Source: Sphagnum compactum
Taxonomy: Eukaryota
Direction of reading: 5' to 3'
Length of the DNA stretch: 64,000 nt
NCBI GenBank assembly: GCA_965153455.1
Contig: OZ234493.1
Span: 10,158,213-10,222,212, forward strand
The notes below the pieces were generated by a model, which saw nothing but the letters and a program-made list of their open reading frames with translations, made no database searches and had not been told where the DNA came from. A program made the position numbers and the translations under genes. Positions 26,264 through 37,360 of the stretch are shown here, piece by piece. The number at the start of each line of letters is the position of its first letter. The stretch's first letter is position 1.

Positions 26264-29200
26264 TGTCTACATGTGGACATAAACTTGCCTCAAAAGATTG
26301 CAAGTGGTGGGTGCTGTTTGTTGTCCTTGCTCTTGAAGAAGATAGTGAAAGATTGAGAAGCAGTCTATGTCTGATGTCCTTAAGGTGATTCTCTTTGGGT
26401 GATCTTCTAGGGTCGAGTCATACATAAGTATCTTCAAAAGTACTGTTGCCTAGGGTTAGTTTCGACATTGACAAAATGAATAAAAAAAAATTTCCAAAAA
26501 AAATTAATTCATTTTAAAATTTTAAAATTATTGAATTTTCCATAATCTATTATTATGATATTGTCACATAAGTAGTTAAATTATTCGGAGTGTAGCCTAT
26601 GATAATTATGATGATTTTCAACATGTCAACTTCATATTTTCACAAAAAATAATTTCTTTATTTTTGAGGATTATTTTAATGATGAGACTGACCTTAGGGT
26701 AAGGTAATGAGAACTTCTCTATAAGCAACCAGTCTTCAGGTTAATTTTTTAAAAATTGTTGAAAAATTCAACTCTCACCTTGTGAAAAATTATTTATTCT
26801 CCCAAACATCAGGTTGTTATTATTATAAATACACAATGAAAGGTGAACTTTGCATAATTGTTTCTCGTATGTTGAATTTCTGAAAAATTAAATTTGATGT
26901 TGCCTAACCTCATTTTTAAAAAATATATATATTCGACAAAAAAAGAAGAAGTGCTGAACATCGTGTATATCTATACTATATGTACATTATTCAGCAGTGC
27001 TGCTACTCGGGGTGAAAAACATAATCCAACACAAAATGCTGAAAATATCTTCCTTATAGATATAAGTTTGTTTATTTTAATCAAGAGTGGAGAGAACCCC
27101 GTTACACCCTGGAATAGGCCTTGGCACCACATTACAGAACACTGCTAACCTGAGCAGTCTCAACATGTTCCGACATGGAATGGTACAGTTCCACTATAGT
27201 TAGTTAACAGTGATGTGAACCCGAATAGAATTGTTGAAGCTCACTACATATGCAAAGTATGCACACTCTATCATTATAATATGCATACCCTACTTAAATA
27301 GCAAGTTTGAAAAAAAAAAATTGTAACATTTTTAAACATGCTGAATTTTTTTAAGAAAATAAAAATTCTCCAAGATTTCTATTTTGTGAAGGAAAATGAA
27401 GCATATTTGGGAATATTCCAGTTGTCGAAATGAAATCTTCAAAATTAAATTAAAATAATTGTTCAACTGAGAACTCACAACAAACCTGCTATTTAACTAC
27501 GGTTTGAAAACATCCTGAGGTACATGACCCTTTCTGTTTGAAAACAAGCATCACTCTGCCACTAAGCTGTGTCCTTCACCCTAGCGAAGGGGAAGAGTTA
27601 GCAGAGGCACTACTACAACACCCAAGGTTTCTTGCTTCTTCACCCTTTGAAAACAATGGAAAGATGATGCACAGAAGAGAGGGTTACTTACTACTTGAGA
27701 CAGCAAAGACATGGCAAAAGTGAACAAGCACACACGAGCACACAATGCAGGATGGATGATATGTGGACAGCAAACACTTTTCTGTCACATAACTAACCAT
27801 GGTCGATCACGATGTACTAACTTCTAACCATCTACATTTTCCGTATCTAACTGGTAGCCACCATGTGCCTTTTACCTTCCAACCAATATACCAATGTATG
27901 TAGGTTAGTTAATATGTAGGTTTACATACTAACCAGTTACATTCCCGACCTAATTACCTAAGGTAGTTACTAGTTACCTAGTATTGTGAGGTGAAAAATA
28001 AGAGCGGTTACAAAGAATAGTTCCGTAGGTGGAACCTTGGTAACGCAGCTGTGGTTCATCCACAACCCAACCCAGTCATAACAGGTTTCCAATGGATGGT
28101 GCACTGGTGGGTGGTAGTAGCCTGCCCCGGGTGGTCGGATAATCTCTGAGACCTGCCGGCTCTGTAGGTGATGCTGTAGTAGTAGTACCTTGGCAGCTTT
28201 GACAGTAATTATATTATTATTTGTAAAAATGATGAATTTTTTTAATAAAAATTACTTTAAATAAATTTTGTGAGGGAAAATGGAGAATCTTTTGAAAGAT
28301 TTTCAAAATTTTCAAATTTTCAAATTGGAATGTTCAAAATTAATAAATTATTGGACAGACATGTGTTGGAGCTGCCCCTGTACAAAAGTATATTACATAA
28401 CTAAGTACCAAGAATAGAGTTTGTTTCAACCTACTCACAATGCTTTCAAGTGTCTGTCACAATGCTTTTGTTAGTGGACTTGTTGTCGCTTGGAATCATT
28501 TTTTACATGTTACAAAAAAAATTCATTTCATCATTCATGCACACCCATGGCTTCTGTGGGCCTTACAACATGAAGAAATCAGGTATGCTTGTTGATTGAT
28601 GGGGGGTCGTGTGTAATTTTTAAAGTAGTAGCGTTATATTTTTGGAATATTAAAAACTTTTTCAAGGGAACGGGAGAGAAAGATTTTGAGAATGTTATTT
28701 TACAACCAATTTTTCTCCCCTTAATTTTACAAGCAAGGGTAAAAACCTTATTGTTTTTCAGTTTTGGAAAGAAGGTGATCATGAGGTTGCCCTAAATTTT
28801 TTGGATTCCATTAACTTATCCAACTTTCTCCTACTAGGTACCCATTTTGTGTATAAGAGCTTTAAACAAGAGAAAAGCCGAGAAGCTTGTGTGGTTCCAA
28901 ACAATAGAGACGAGAACCAAAACATGCATTGCACAACCATACTAAAGATTCGGCAACCTACTTAGCCTAAGGAGGTATGTCAAAATTTCATACATTAACA
29001 AAAACATGCAGAGCTTTCAAAGCAATTCCGCCCCTAAGCAGACCAAGGTCAGAAAAACTCATGAGAAAAATAATTCTCCAATGCCCAATGTAACAAATAA
29101 TTTGCAACCACAACTCATGGGATAAGAAAAGAACCCGTGTGCGTCCTTCGGCCTCTCAAGTAGCATATTCCTTTTTGCCCTTTCTAATCCATAAATCAAT

Positions 29201-29673
29201 TCCAAGTTTTGAACAAAGATATTAAACCCTAAACCTCGTAAGCTTGGGTGGGTCATTGTGATGCACCTTCATAAATGTTTACCACAGTTACACATGCGGT
29301 TCAACCTGGTTATGTCAGATACAACATTTTGTTTGGGTGGTGTATTTAATTCATCAAAACCCAATTCCCACAATCTCTTCTTTCTACCAGTTCGTGGTGG
29401 GTGCTATTTGGGAACAACTTAAGGAACCCATATTGGTAATATTATAAAGAGTCATTGGGAGCATGGTAGCGGGGCCAGAATGGTGACCATATGGAACACA
29501 TTGGGAACAATAATATCCAAAAAAATCTAAACTAGGGGACCTCCAATAGGGCTCTTGGGTGGGGTGCATGCTGCCTCAACTCATTGGCAGCATATTACAT
29601 TCTGTCCTTTATTGGTCACCATTTTGTGCATAGGCTAATGGCAGGGGCATGAATTGTGGGGACATACTAGTGA

Positions 29674-30027
29674 GAGCATTTCCAGCGGTGCTCAGTTTGT
29701 GACCCTGCAAATATATATTTCACATCCAAGTTCAGTTCTTTACCCCCTTTTGCAACCCCACCCATAAAACTGAAACTGGAACAGCAAATAGGTGGGGAAC
29801 TACTAACAGCAAACCACCTGGACCAATCATTATGATGGGCCGAACAGAAACACTGAGCAGCGGTTAGATCATATTTGTTACACTCTTTCCTGCAGGTGCA
29901 CAGAGCTGCTGTGCCTTTTACCAACCGCGGCAACCTGCGTAATTATGCTGACCCAAAACCATCTTCCTGAGCCAAACCGGCATGTGGCGGATTTTCTTCA
30001 CCATACCGAGCACCGCAGGAGATGCTC
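29674..30027. mobile_element. PIF/Harbinger MITE, family B copy 1 (more diverged)
   Basis: TIR GAGCATTTCCAGCGGTGCTCAGT pairs with ACCGAGCACCGCAGGAGATGCTC. Flanks TGA/TTA. Internal CAACCCCACCCATAAAACTGAAACT is shared with 44308-44669. Confidence 0.82.
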
Positions 30028-31678
30028 TTATCCCAATACATAAATTGTTGCAAACTTCATTACGAGGGGACACTTTGATTGGTCTAACACATTTGAGGCA
30101 TGTAGAAATTGGAGTGCAAGCATCTACTCTCTGCCCTCAAACTACTCGTGTGGGGCCAAGCTGCATCAGTTTTATGTCACATGGCCTCAATAAGCTTCAA
30201 TGGCATCTCATAAGGTGCAGCCACAAATGCCATCAACTTACCACTTATTTGCCTGTTACTTGTCAAGAAGAAAACATTAAGTGTAGGGTAGAGTCTGAGG
30301 TGGAGGACATATTTTGAACATGCCCCCAACCATTGGGCCTTATGCACCATGAAGCCTAAGGGAAACCTTGTCATAAGTCTAAACATATGTTGATGACAAG
30401 GTGAATAGGACTAGGACAGATCTTACACCTATTTATAGGTGTAAGGTCCTTCTTACTCCTAAATATTATTCGGATATCAGTGCCCTTTTCTAAGAGGGAT
30501 ATTCAAGGAAAAAAGGGTGCACTCTGCATACACTAGGAAAATTCTGGGAGTAATTTATGACTAGCTAAATGTCTTCAAAGGTGAAGGCCTGAATATGGGT
30601 TCAAAGCTCCTATAAGGGTCTCCTACTTAGAAAAGAAAGCAAGTAAAAATTTACAATCTGGTTTCACTTGAAACACTATTAGCAATGGACATGAAAATTC
30701 ATTTTTAACATTGGGATTGGCAGAAGAAAAAATTGATGTTAGGTAAGCACTTGAAGCTGAAAATAGCCATAAGATAGACGACACTCAAGGTAATAATAAT
30801 GCTCTGCAAAAGACACATAACACCAGCCTTTGAAATGAGGAGAGGTCGGAGGGGGGGGGGGGAGGTGGGGTGCTTAATCATGTTCCCCCCAGTATGAAAG
30901 ACATATTTAAATTATTTTTCAAAATAATCTATTTTGTGAAAAAAAACCCATATATATATATTTTTTTAAATTTTAAAAACCATCACAAACTTGTTGTCAG
31001 TAAAAGATCTCATTTCCTTTGTCCAGAACTAACTAACGGCTCTCTCTCTCTCTCTCATGATCACTTCTTCTCAAGTGCTGCTCCGAAAATGATGCAAAAG
31101 CATCACAAATTTTGAATTGAGCTGGCTTTAGGGTTGAGGGTTTAAGGTTGAGTAACAGGGTGCCCTGGGGTTGTCCACCACCCAACTTTTCCAACAACAA
31201 AACTCAACTCCTAATTGCTCAGATCTGATTTTGTCTGATATGATATGTCTTCTTGTCAGTTAGTGTGGGTCATCGAGCCTCTAGGACTTAGTTCCTTTCT
31301 TTTGCCCCGCATTCCAAGCCTTTCTTGTTCTTTTCCTTGGGAAATCCAAAAATTTCCAATTTTTCATTAATTATGTGTCCCAATTAGCTCCCCTGGCTGG
31401 CACTCTCACACTTGTGCATTGCATGCCATAATACCTTGGCCATTTCAACACATGTCTGTGGAATAATTAACTAATTTTGAAAAATTCATCTCAACAAATG
31501 AAATATTCCTAAATATTCACTATTATCCTTCCAAAAAAAATTTGATTTGGAAGAAATAAAATTTGAAAATTTCAACATTTCTGAAAATAATATAATTAGT
31601 GTCGAATTGGCCAAGGTACTAGCGTATTTACTTTGTGTTTGTATTTTGTTCCACCACAAGGGGGTTTGCCGTGTGCAG

Positions 31679-32343
31679 CAGTGTTGGGTGGGTGCAAGGT
31701 TTGGTAGGTTACAATCATTGGTTCTGATTTCCATTAGTGAAAGCCCAAATCAACATTTTGGATTTGATTCTTGGAATCAAATCGGAAAACAGAATCAGGT
31801 TCTTAGTTTTTTGAGAACAAGAACTGAAACCAGAACTCGGGTTCTGAGTTTCTTAAAAGGAAAACAATCAAATTTATTAATTGAAAAAAAACTAAAACCA
31901 AGGGCTAACTAGAGATTAATTCACAAATTGATTGTCAGGTTACCCAGAACCAGATTGAAATTGAGTTGTGACTCGTGACTGGAACCTGAACTGGAACACA
32001 GAATTGTATCATCAATTCCATTCATATGTGGAACTCAAACTGAATACATTCTCATTTATTTTTTAGAACTAGAACTGGAGGTTGTTCTTCGTAAAAACAA
32101 GGCATCACAAACATGTTGGCCCTGCCAATAGATAAGATGGTTGTACATCTACCTACTGTGTCCACACTCTGAACACGAAAAAAAATCTGTTCCAATCTAA
32201 ACAGTCTAAACACTTTCACCAAAGAAACCGGTTCACTTAATGTGAAACTGATTCTAATAAGGTATAACTTCCAAAAGTTGGATCCAATACGATAGTCCCT
32301 GTCCCTGTGGGGGCAGGGCCCAATAAAGAACTTCCCAACACTG
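31679..32343. mobile_element. hAT-family non-autonomous element (older)
   Basis: TIR CAGTGTTGGG / CCCAACACTG. Flanks GTGTGCAG (31671-31678) and GTTTGCAC (32344-32351) are 6/8 identical. Confidence 0.7.
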
Positions 32344-32351
32344 GTTTGCAC

Positions 32352-32760
32352 CAGTGTTGACCAGGTATTGCTTTTTTTTATGACTATGAGGTAGGGTTTT
32401 TTTCGAATTTTTTTGGGATCACACAGGTTATCAATATCAATATGAGAATTTTTTTGAGTGCCAAGTAAGTTCTCAAATTACTGCTTAATAACTATTTATC
32501 AAACCTGCCGATTATACACTGGTCATAGGGTTTTTTAAATAAAAATAAAAATATTAAAAAAAACTTTCTGCATTAATATTTAAAGATTGATAACCTATTT
32601 GCATGATAATCAGGTCATCCAGGTAAGTATTAGATTTTGAATTTTCGACAGCATGTGGTTATCAATTTAACTGGTTTTTTTTTTTAAATCAAGAATTCCC
32701 TGGTAAGTTATCAATAACTGGCTTATAACCAGCTCAAAACTCAATAGCTGACCAACACTG
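32352..32760. mobile_element. hAT-family MITE (younger)
   Basis: TIR CAGTGTTGACCAGGTATTG / CAATAGCTGACCAACACTG. Exact 8-bp TSD GTTTGCAC at 32344-32351 and 32761-32768. Confidence 0.88.
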
Positions 32761-35418
32761 GTTTGCACTCTGGCATTGCATTCACTTTGTATTTGTGTTT
32801 TGCTACCTTCCAAACAGGGTTCACACTCTCTTGTGTGCTTGTTTCACTTGCTTTGTACTTGTCTTTCTTTTTTCCCTTAGCAATTCTTTTCATTTCAATC
32901 TATTTTTTGTTACATGTACATCAATAATCATGCGATTAATTGGCTCTTGACCTTCTAACTATTCACCAAGCATAACCTCTTAACCTTCCTTTTATTTCAT
33001 AAGCACATCATTTGGACAAGACATTGAATATGAGTTTTTGTCCATTGAGAGGAGGGTTACATGACTATTTATCCATACACAAGCATGTTATGGTGTCACT
33101 CTCAAACTTTTGAAAGGTAGGTTATGTCTATTAATTGATGAGAGGTTGTCAATAATTGGAAATACCTTTGGCATTATCAAACCGTAGCTATTTTTTGGTA
33201 ATTGAAGTGTAAGGTAACACTTGGAGTTGCAGGCATTATCAAAATAAGGGCCCATGCAAGGTAGGGTTGATTCCAATGTGGTTGAGAACGTTACCTAATG
33301 TAACAATCAGCAAATTTTAATCAATTATTTTTTTCTTTTTCATGATATTTGACGGGTACCTATTGAATACCCATTGAGCATCATACAAAAAAAATAAAAT
33401 CACAATGCAAGGAATTTTGAAAAATGAAATGTTTGTTCTTGCAAACATTTCATTTTTTGCAATGCCCCATGAGTTTTTCTGCATCTGGATATACTGTAAT
33501 ATTCATAGGAGACATGGGATTACTTCTATGAAAAAATGTATTTTTGCTAAGCATCCAGCCACTTGGCATATGTGAAAAAAATGCTTATTTAATTGTTGCT
33601 ATAGAAAAGTAGTGTCAAAAAACATTCAAAAAAAGATGTGGTGTTGGTTGTAGGGCCACCATAGATCATTTTGAGAGTGCTAATCCTTATAAAAAATATG
33701 ATGTGAAACCCCCAAAAAAGTCATTAAGGACTTGTTATTTGTTGCCAAACTTTACATGTCTAATAGGCAATTTGCATTTGAGAATGAGGCAAGTATATCA
33801 AAATTCAACCATTAGTGGTATTGTTGTTTGTCCTTATCAAAGAGCAATTTGTAATTCTAAATGTGTAATGCACTACAAGATTTTGTGGTTCCATGAGATT
33901 TTGGTTACATTTAATCATAGTAAAACTTTGCTTAATGTGAGTAAAAGGAAAAAAATAAGATTGGTAAAAAGTTAAATATATTTTTAAAAAAATCTCTTTG
34001 ATAATCCATGTAAACACTAAACTTGTTGATTCTCAACAAGATCTTGCAAAAATCAACCCTTATGCATTCCAGGCGATTCTTAAACCCAAAAAAAATTTGA
34101 TACCCTTATTGACTAGTCATTCTGAAAACTTGATTACAAGGGAGGTCCCCAAAATCTTTAAAACTCCTGATATTTGCTACCATATGTGTAATAGAAAATT
34201 AAGATTTTTCAAATAACTAGCCTGGTGGATATTGAAAAAAAAAATCAATATCTTGCTAACATTGGTTTTTATGACCTCGTGGTGGTTGTTACCTAGTGTA
34301 TAATATATATACAATTCCTTAGCAAATACTTGAGGCTAGCGAGTCTTTTTCTTTCTTTTTTTTTTTTGGCAAATTTATGAACTGGTGCGACAACATTTTT
34401 GTTTAAAGCTTTCTGGAGATTTTCCAGTGCAATTTTTACTAAACTTGGTGTTGAAAATAAAATAAAATGTAGCCACTTTTTAGACCTCAAAATTTTGAAA
34501 AAAAAACCCTAAAATATGAGGAAGGCTCTTATTTGTGCCACTAAAGTTTTTATTTATTTTGGCTAGGTTTACATCAATAATCATGCAAAATAAAAAGGAG
34601 GGAAGAAAAAAACCACTGAAAGGCATAAGCCCTAAAAAAGAAATAGAAGCCATGTGAAGAAAAAGCACATAAAATAATAAGTACCGAGCGCAGAGGTACA
34701 CCATTTTGTCGTCTTTTTTGTCGTGTTTTTGGGGGTGCAAAGGGGCCCCACACTTTTGTCTGCAGCGAGCAGGCTCCTCTCTGCCGCTTATTGCTTTGCG
34801 TTCTGTGCTCAGTAGCTTGCTCTTGGAACATGTCTCGTCTGCTGCTCCAGCTGCTGCTTCTTCCACTACTTTCCCTGTAGAGCTTGTACCCTCAATGCCA
34901 CTTGACAATTACTTCTCGCTCTTGCTCTTGTTCTTCCTCTTCATCTTCTTCTTCACTTTCTTCTCCTTCTTCTTCTGCTGATTTCTTTTTTTCCTTTCCT
35001 TGTTGGAGCAAAACGGCATTGAGGAAAAATCGCTGCATTGATGATGATCTTGGAGTTTTGCTGGAGGAATTGATCTATCTCCCGTTGGGATTTTTGGGAG
35101 GAACACGGCATTTCTGGAGTTGCGTAAGTGTGTTCTTATGATGTGTATTTTCTGCCATTTCAACTCTTTCAATGATGATGATGATGATGATGATGTAGAG
35201 CGGGGGAAATCTGCTTTGTTGGTTTTTTCTTTCGGTTTTGGTGTTTGGTTGCATTCCTTCCATGGATGGATACCTTTGAGAAGTGAGAGCTGGCAGTGGG
35301 TTGAATTGTTGTCTGACTGCCATAGTATGCTCCGTATGTTGGTTCTCGTCGTTGCATTGTGGATCTCAGATATCGACTTAGCACGCATCTCTTAGAGAGG
35401 AGACTTGACGGAACAGAA

Positions 35419-37041
35419 ATGGCGGGAGCACAGGTGGAGTTGCATGCTCGCCGCCTTGTCTACCTTGGCAAGCAGAAGGAGAGTATGGATATGACGGCGG
35501 CTGCAAATCTCCTCCTCCCAAGTACAAGCCGTGGTACCAGTGTCACCCGGAAGCAACTGTCGAACAGCGAACCCGGATGTAACAAGGAAGATTTGCTGTT
35601 GCAGAAAAAACAGAGTTCCGAGAATGTGCTCGACGAAGAGGGCAACATGTTTTTGGATGTTGGAGAGACAATGCTGCCGGAATGCAGAGACGCTCCCGGT
35701 GGAGCGCAGCATGAGCAAGAGCAAGGCTCATTCATGAAGCTGGCAAACTTCAACATGCTCAGCAAATTGCCTGAAGCTCAACCCATGGCTATGGAACCCT
35801 CATCACCCTCACCATTGTCATTGTCACCTGTAATGGCATCTGCAACATTGCATTCTTGTGAGTCTCAAGCTCTCTCTTCAACAGTAGTTGCCAACTCCAT
35901 GTATTCTTCTTCCCCTGCACAGCTGCCTGCGGTGGCCATGACAATTACACATAAGGTGAGTCAAGAGAAGGAGGAATCTGGTGAGGAAGAAGGCTATGTG
36001 TCTCTCACATCATGTGCCATCATCCTTATAAGTTTGGGTTTGCGTGCTCTTCGCCACTTGATTCACAGCTATCAGAACTTCTCCTTGAAGTCTGAAAGAG
36101 CCTCTGCATTTCCCAGAGAAAGCAAGCTGTTATCTTCTCAGAAGCTTGTTGTTATGGAGAAAGCAAGCACGCACATTGACTTCACCTCATCTTCTGAGGA
36201 GTTTCATGATACAGAGGAGAGTAAACCCCAAGATGCAGCAGTGGCCAACTCCACCAAAAAAGTGGAGGAAGAAGAAAAAGAAAAACAAGAAGAAGAACAA
36301 CAAGAATCTCCAAAACCTAATGAGGAGCTGCAGCAAACTGACCCAGTGGTGCCAATTGTGAGACAGAAGAGCAGGGAGAGTTCAGAAAGAGCATTTTTGC
36401 AGGGACGAGGTCTCTATTCTCGAACACACTCCATGCTAACAGTTCACACGCCAGATCTCAGGGGATTCTTGGGGTTACCGAAAAGCTCAGGACCAAGTGG
36501 AGAAGTGGGAGTGAAGCAAATAGACCGGCTTGGGGCAAGGCTTTCGCATATGATGAGCAAGTCCAACTATGGCAAACCTTTGCGTTCTGAAAAAGGCAAA
36601 GAATCTATTCATAGCATTCCTTCAACACACAGCATGCCTCCACGCACCCAACCAGCATCAACCTGGGAAGTACCAGTTGCAAAACCAGTTGAAAGAGAGA
36701 CAATCCCAGGTCATGTTCTCATGCCACCGCCATCCCCATTACCGCCATCTGAATCATGGTTTGCAGCCACAACATCGTCCAAGAAGCCACTTGGGACCTT
36801 CATTCGTGAAAAGCATGCAGGATCTAGGAGGAAGTCTGCATCCTTTGAGGAAATACCACCTCGTCCTAGTAACAATTCTCAACAGATGGCTGCTGGCGGC
36901 TCCAAGGGTTTGCATCAGCGTAGACAATCCTTTGAGGAATTACCACCTCGTCCCCCCAGTAACAAATCTCAACGAATGGGCAGCTCCAAGGATTTGTTTC
37001 AGCGTCGACAACCCTTTAGACCTACAATGCAAGCAGTCTGA
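35419..37041 (+). CDS. Uncharacterised S/E/P-rich, probably disordered protein (~540 aa), with a C-terminal PPPSPLPPSESWF motif and internal repeats
   Basis: Stop-free 1.68-kb frame with higher GC than its surroundings. First ATG at 35419 (the ORF track starts at GTG 35359). A pyrimidine-rich 5' leader-like region lies upstream. Possible in-frame intron at 35956-36075. Confidence 0.75.
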   Translation: MAGAQVELHARRLVYLGKQKESMDMTAAANLLLPSTSRGTSVTRKQLSNSEPGCNKEDLLLQKKQSSENVLDEEGNMFLDVGETMLPECRDAPGGAQHEQEQGSFMKLANFNMLSKLPEAQPMAMEPSSPSPLSLSPVMASATLHSCESQALSSTVVANSMYSSSPAQLPAVAMTITHKVSQEKEESGEEEGYVSLTSCAIILISLGLRALRHLIHSYQNFSLKSERASAFPRESKLLSSQKLVVMEKASTHIDFTSSSEEFHDTEESKPQDAAVANSTKKVEEEEKEKQEEEQQESPKPNEELQQTDPVVPIVRQKSRESSERAFLQGRGLYSRTHSMLTVHTPDLRGFLGLPKSSGPSGEVGVKQIDRLGARLSHMMSKSNYGKPLRSEKGKESIHSIPSTHSMPPRTQPASTWEVPVAKPVERETIPGHVLMPPPSPLPPSESWFAATTSSKKPLGTFIREKHAGSRRKSASFEEIPPRPSNNSQQMAAGGSKGLHQRRQSFEELPPRPPSNKSQRMGSSKDLFQRRQPFRPTMQAV

Positions 37042-37360
37042 TGATTCCAGACAGCAAAATGCCTGGGTTATATATAATAGGCTCAACGGTTGTTGATTGT
37101 GTTTTTCAACTGCGAGAAAACATCTATGACTATTGGGAGAAGCTTCAAATGGCAGCTTTTCTCTTTTAGTCTTTATACATCTTCTACTCCATTCCTTTAG
37201 ATCTACAATGAAAAGCAGTCTGTTTCCTTAAGGCAAAAGTGACTGTAGAGATAGTCTCTAGGTTGATTCTATTGACTGCTCAAAAAGAGCTATAATTATT
37301 GGGAGAAGCTTCCCAAGGCAGCTATTCTCTTTTGGCTTATACATAATCTACTCCTCCCTT
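37013..37360 (+). repeat. Diverged tandem duplication (period ~181 bp) of the last codons and proximal 3' UTR
   Basis: CCTTTAGA.CTACAATG.AAGCAGTCTG at 37013 and 37194. TATTGGGAGAAGCTTC and GGCAGCT.TTCTCTTTT occur in both units. Confidence 0.8.

Noticed and set aside
26451..26697. TAGGG-type hAT MITE
   Set aside because: TIR-like ends are degenerate and no TSD is recoverable.
34480..35395. Several overlapping 70-160 aa ORFs with poly-H/poly-D/poly-S
   Set aside because: Products of CTT and GAT microsatellite-rich leader sequence, with no recognisable domains.
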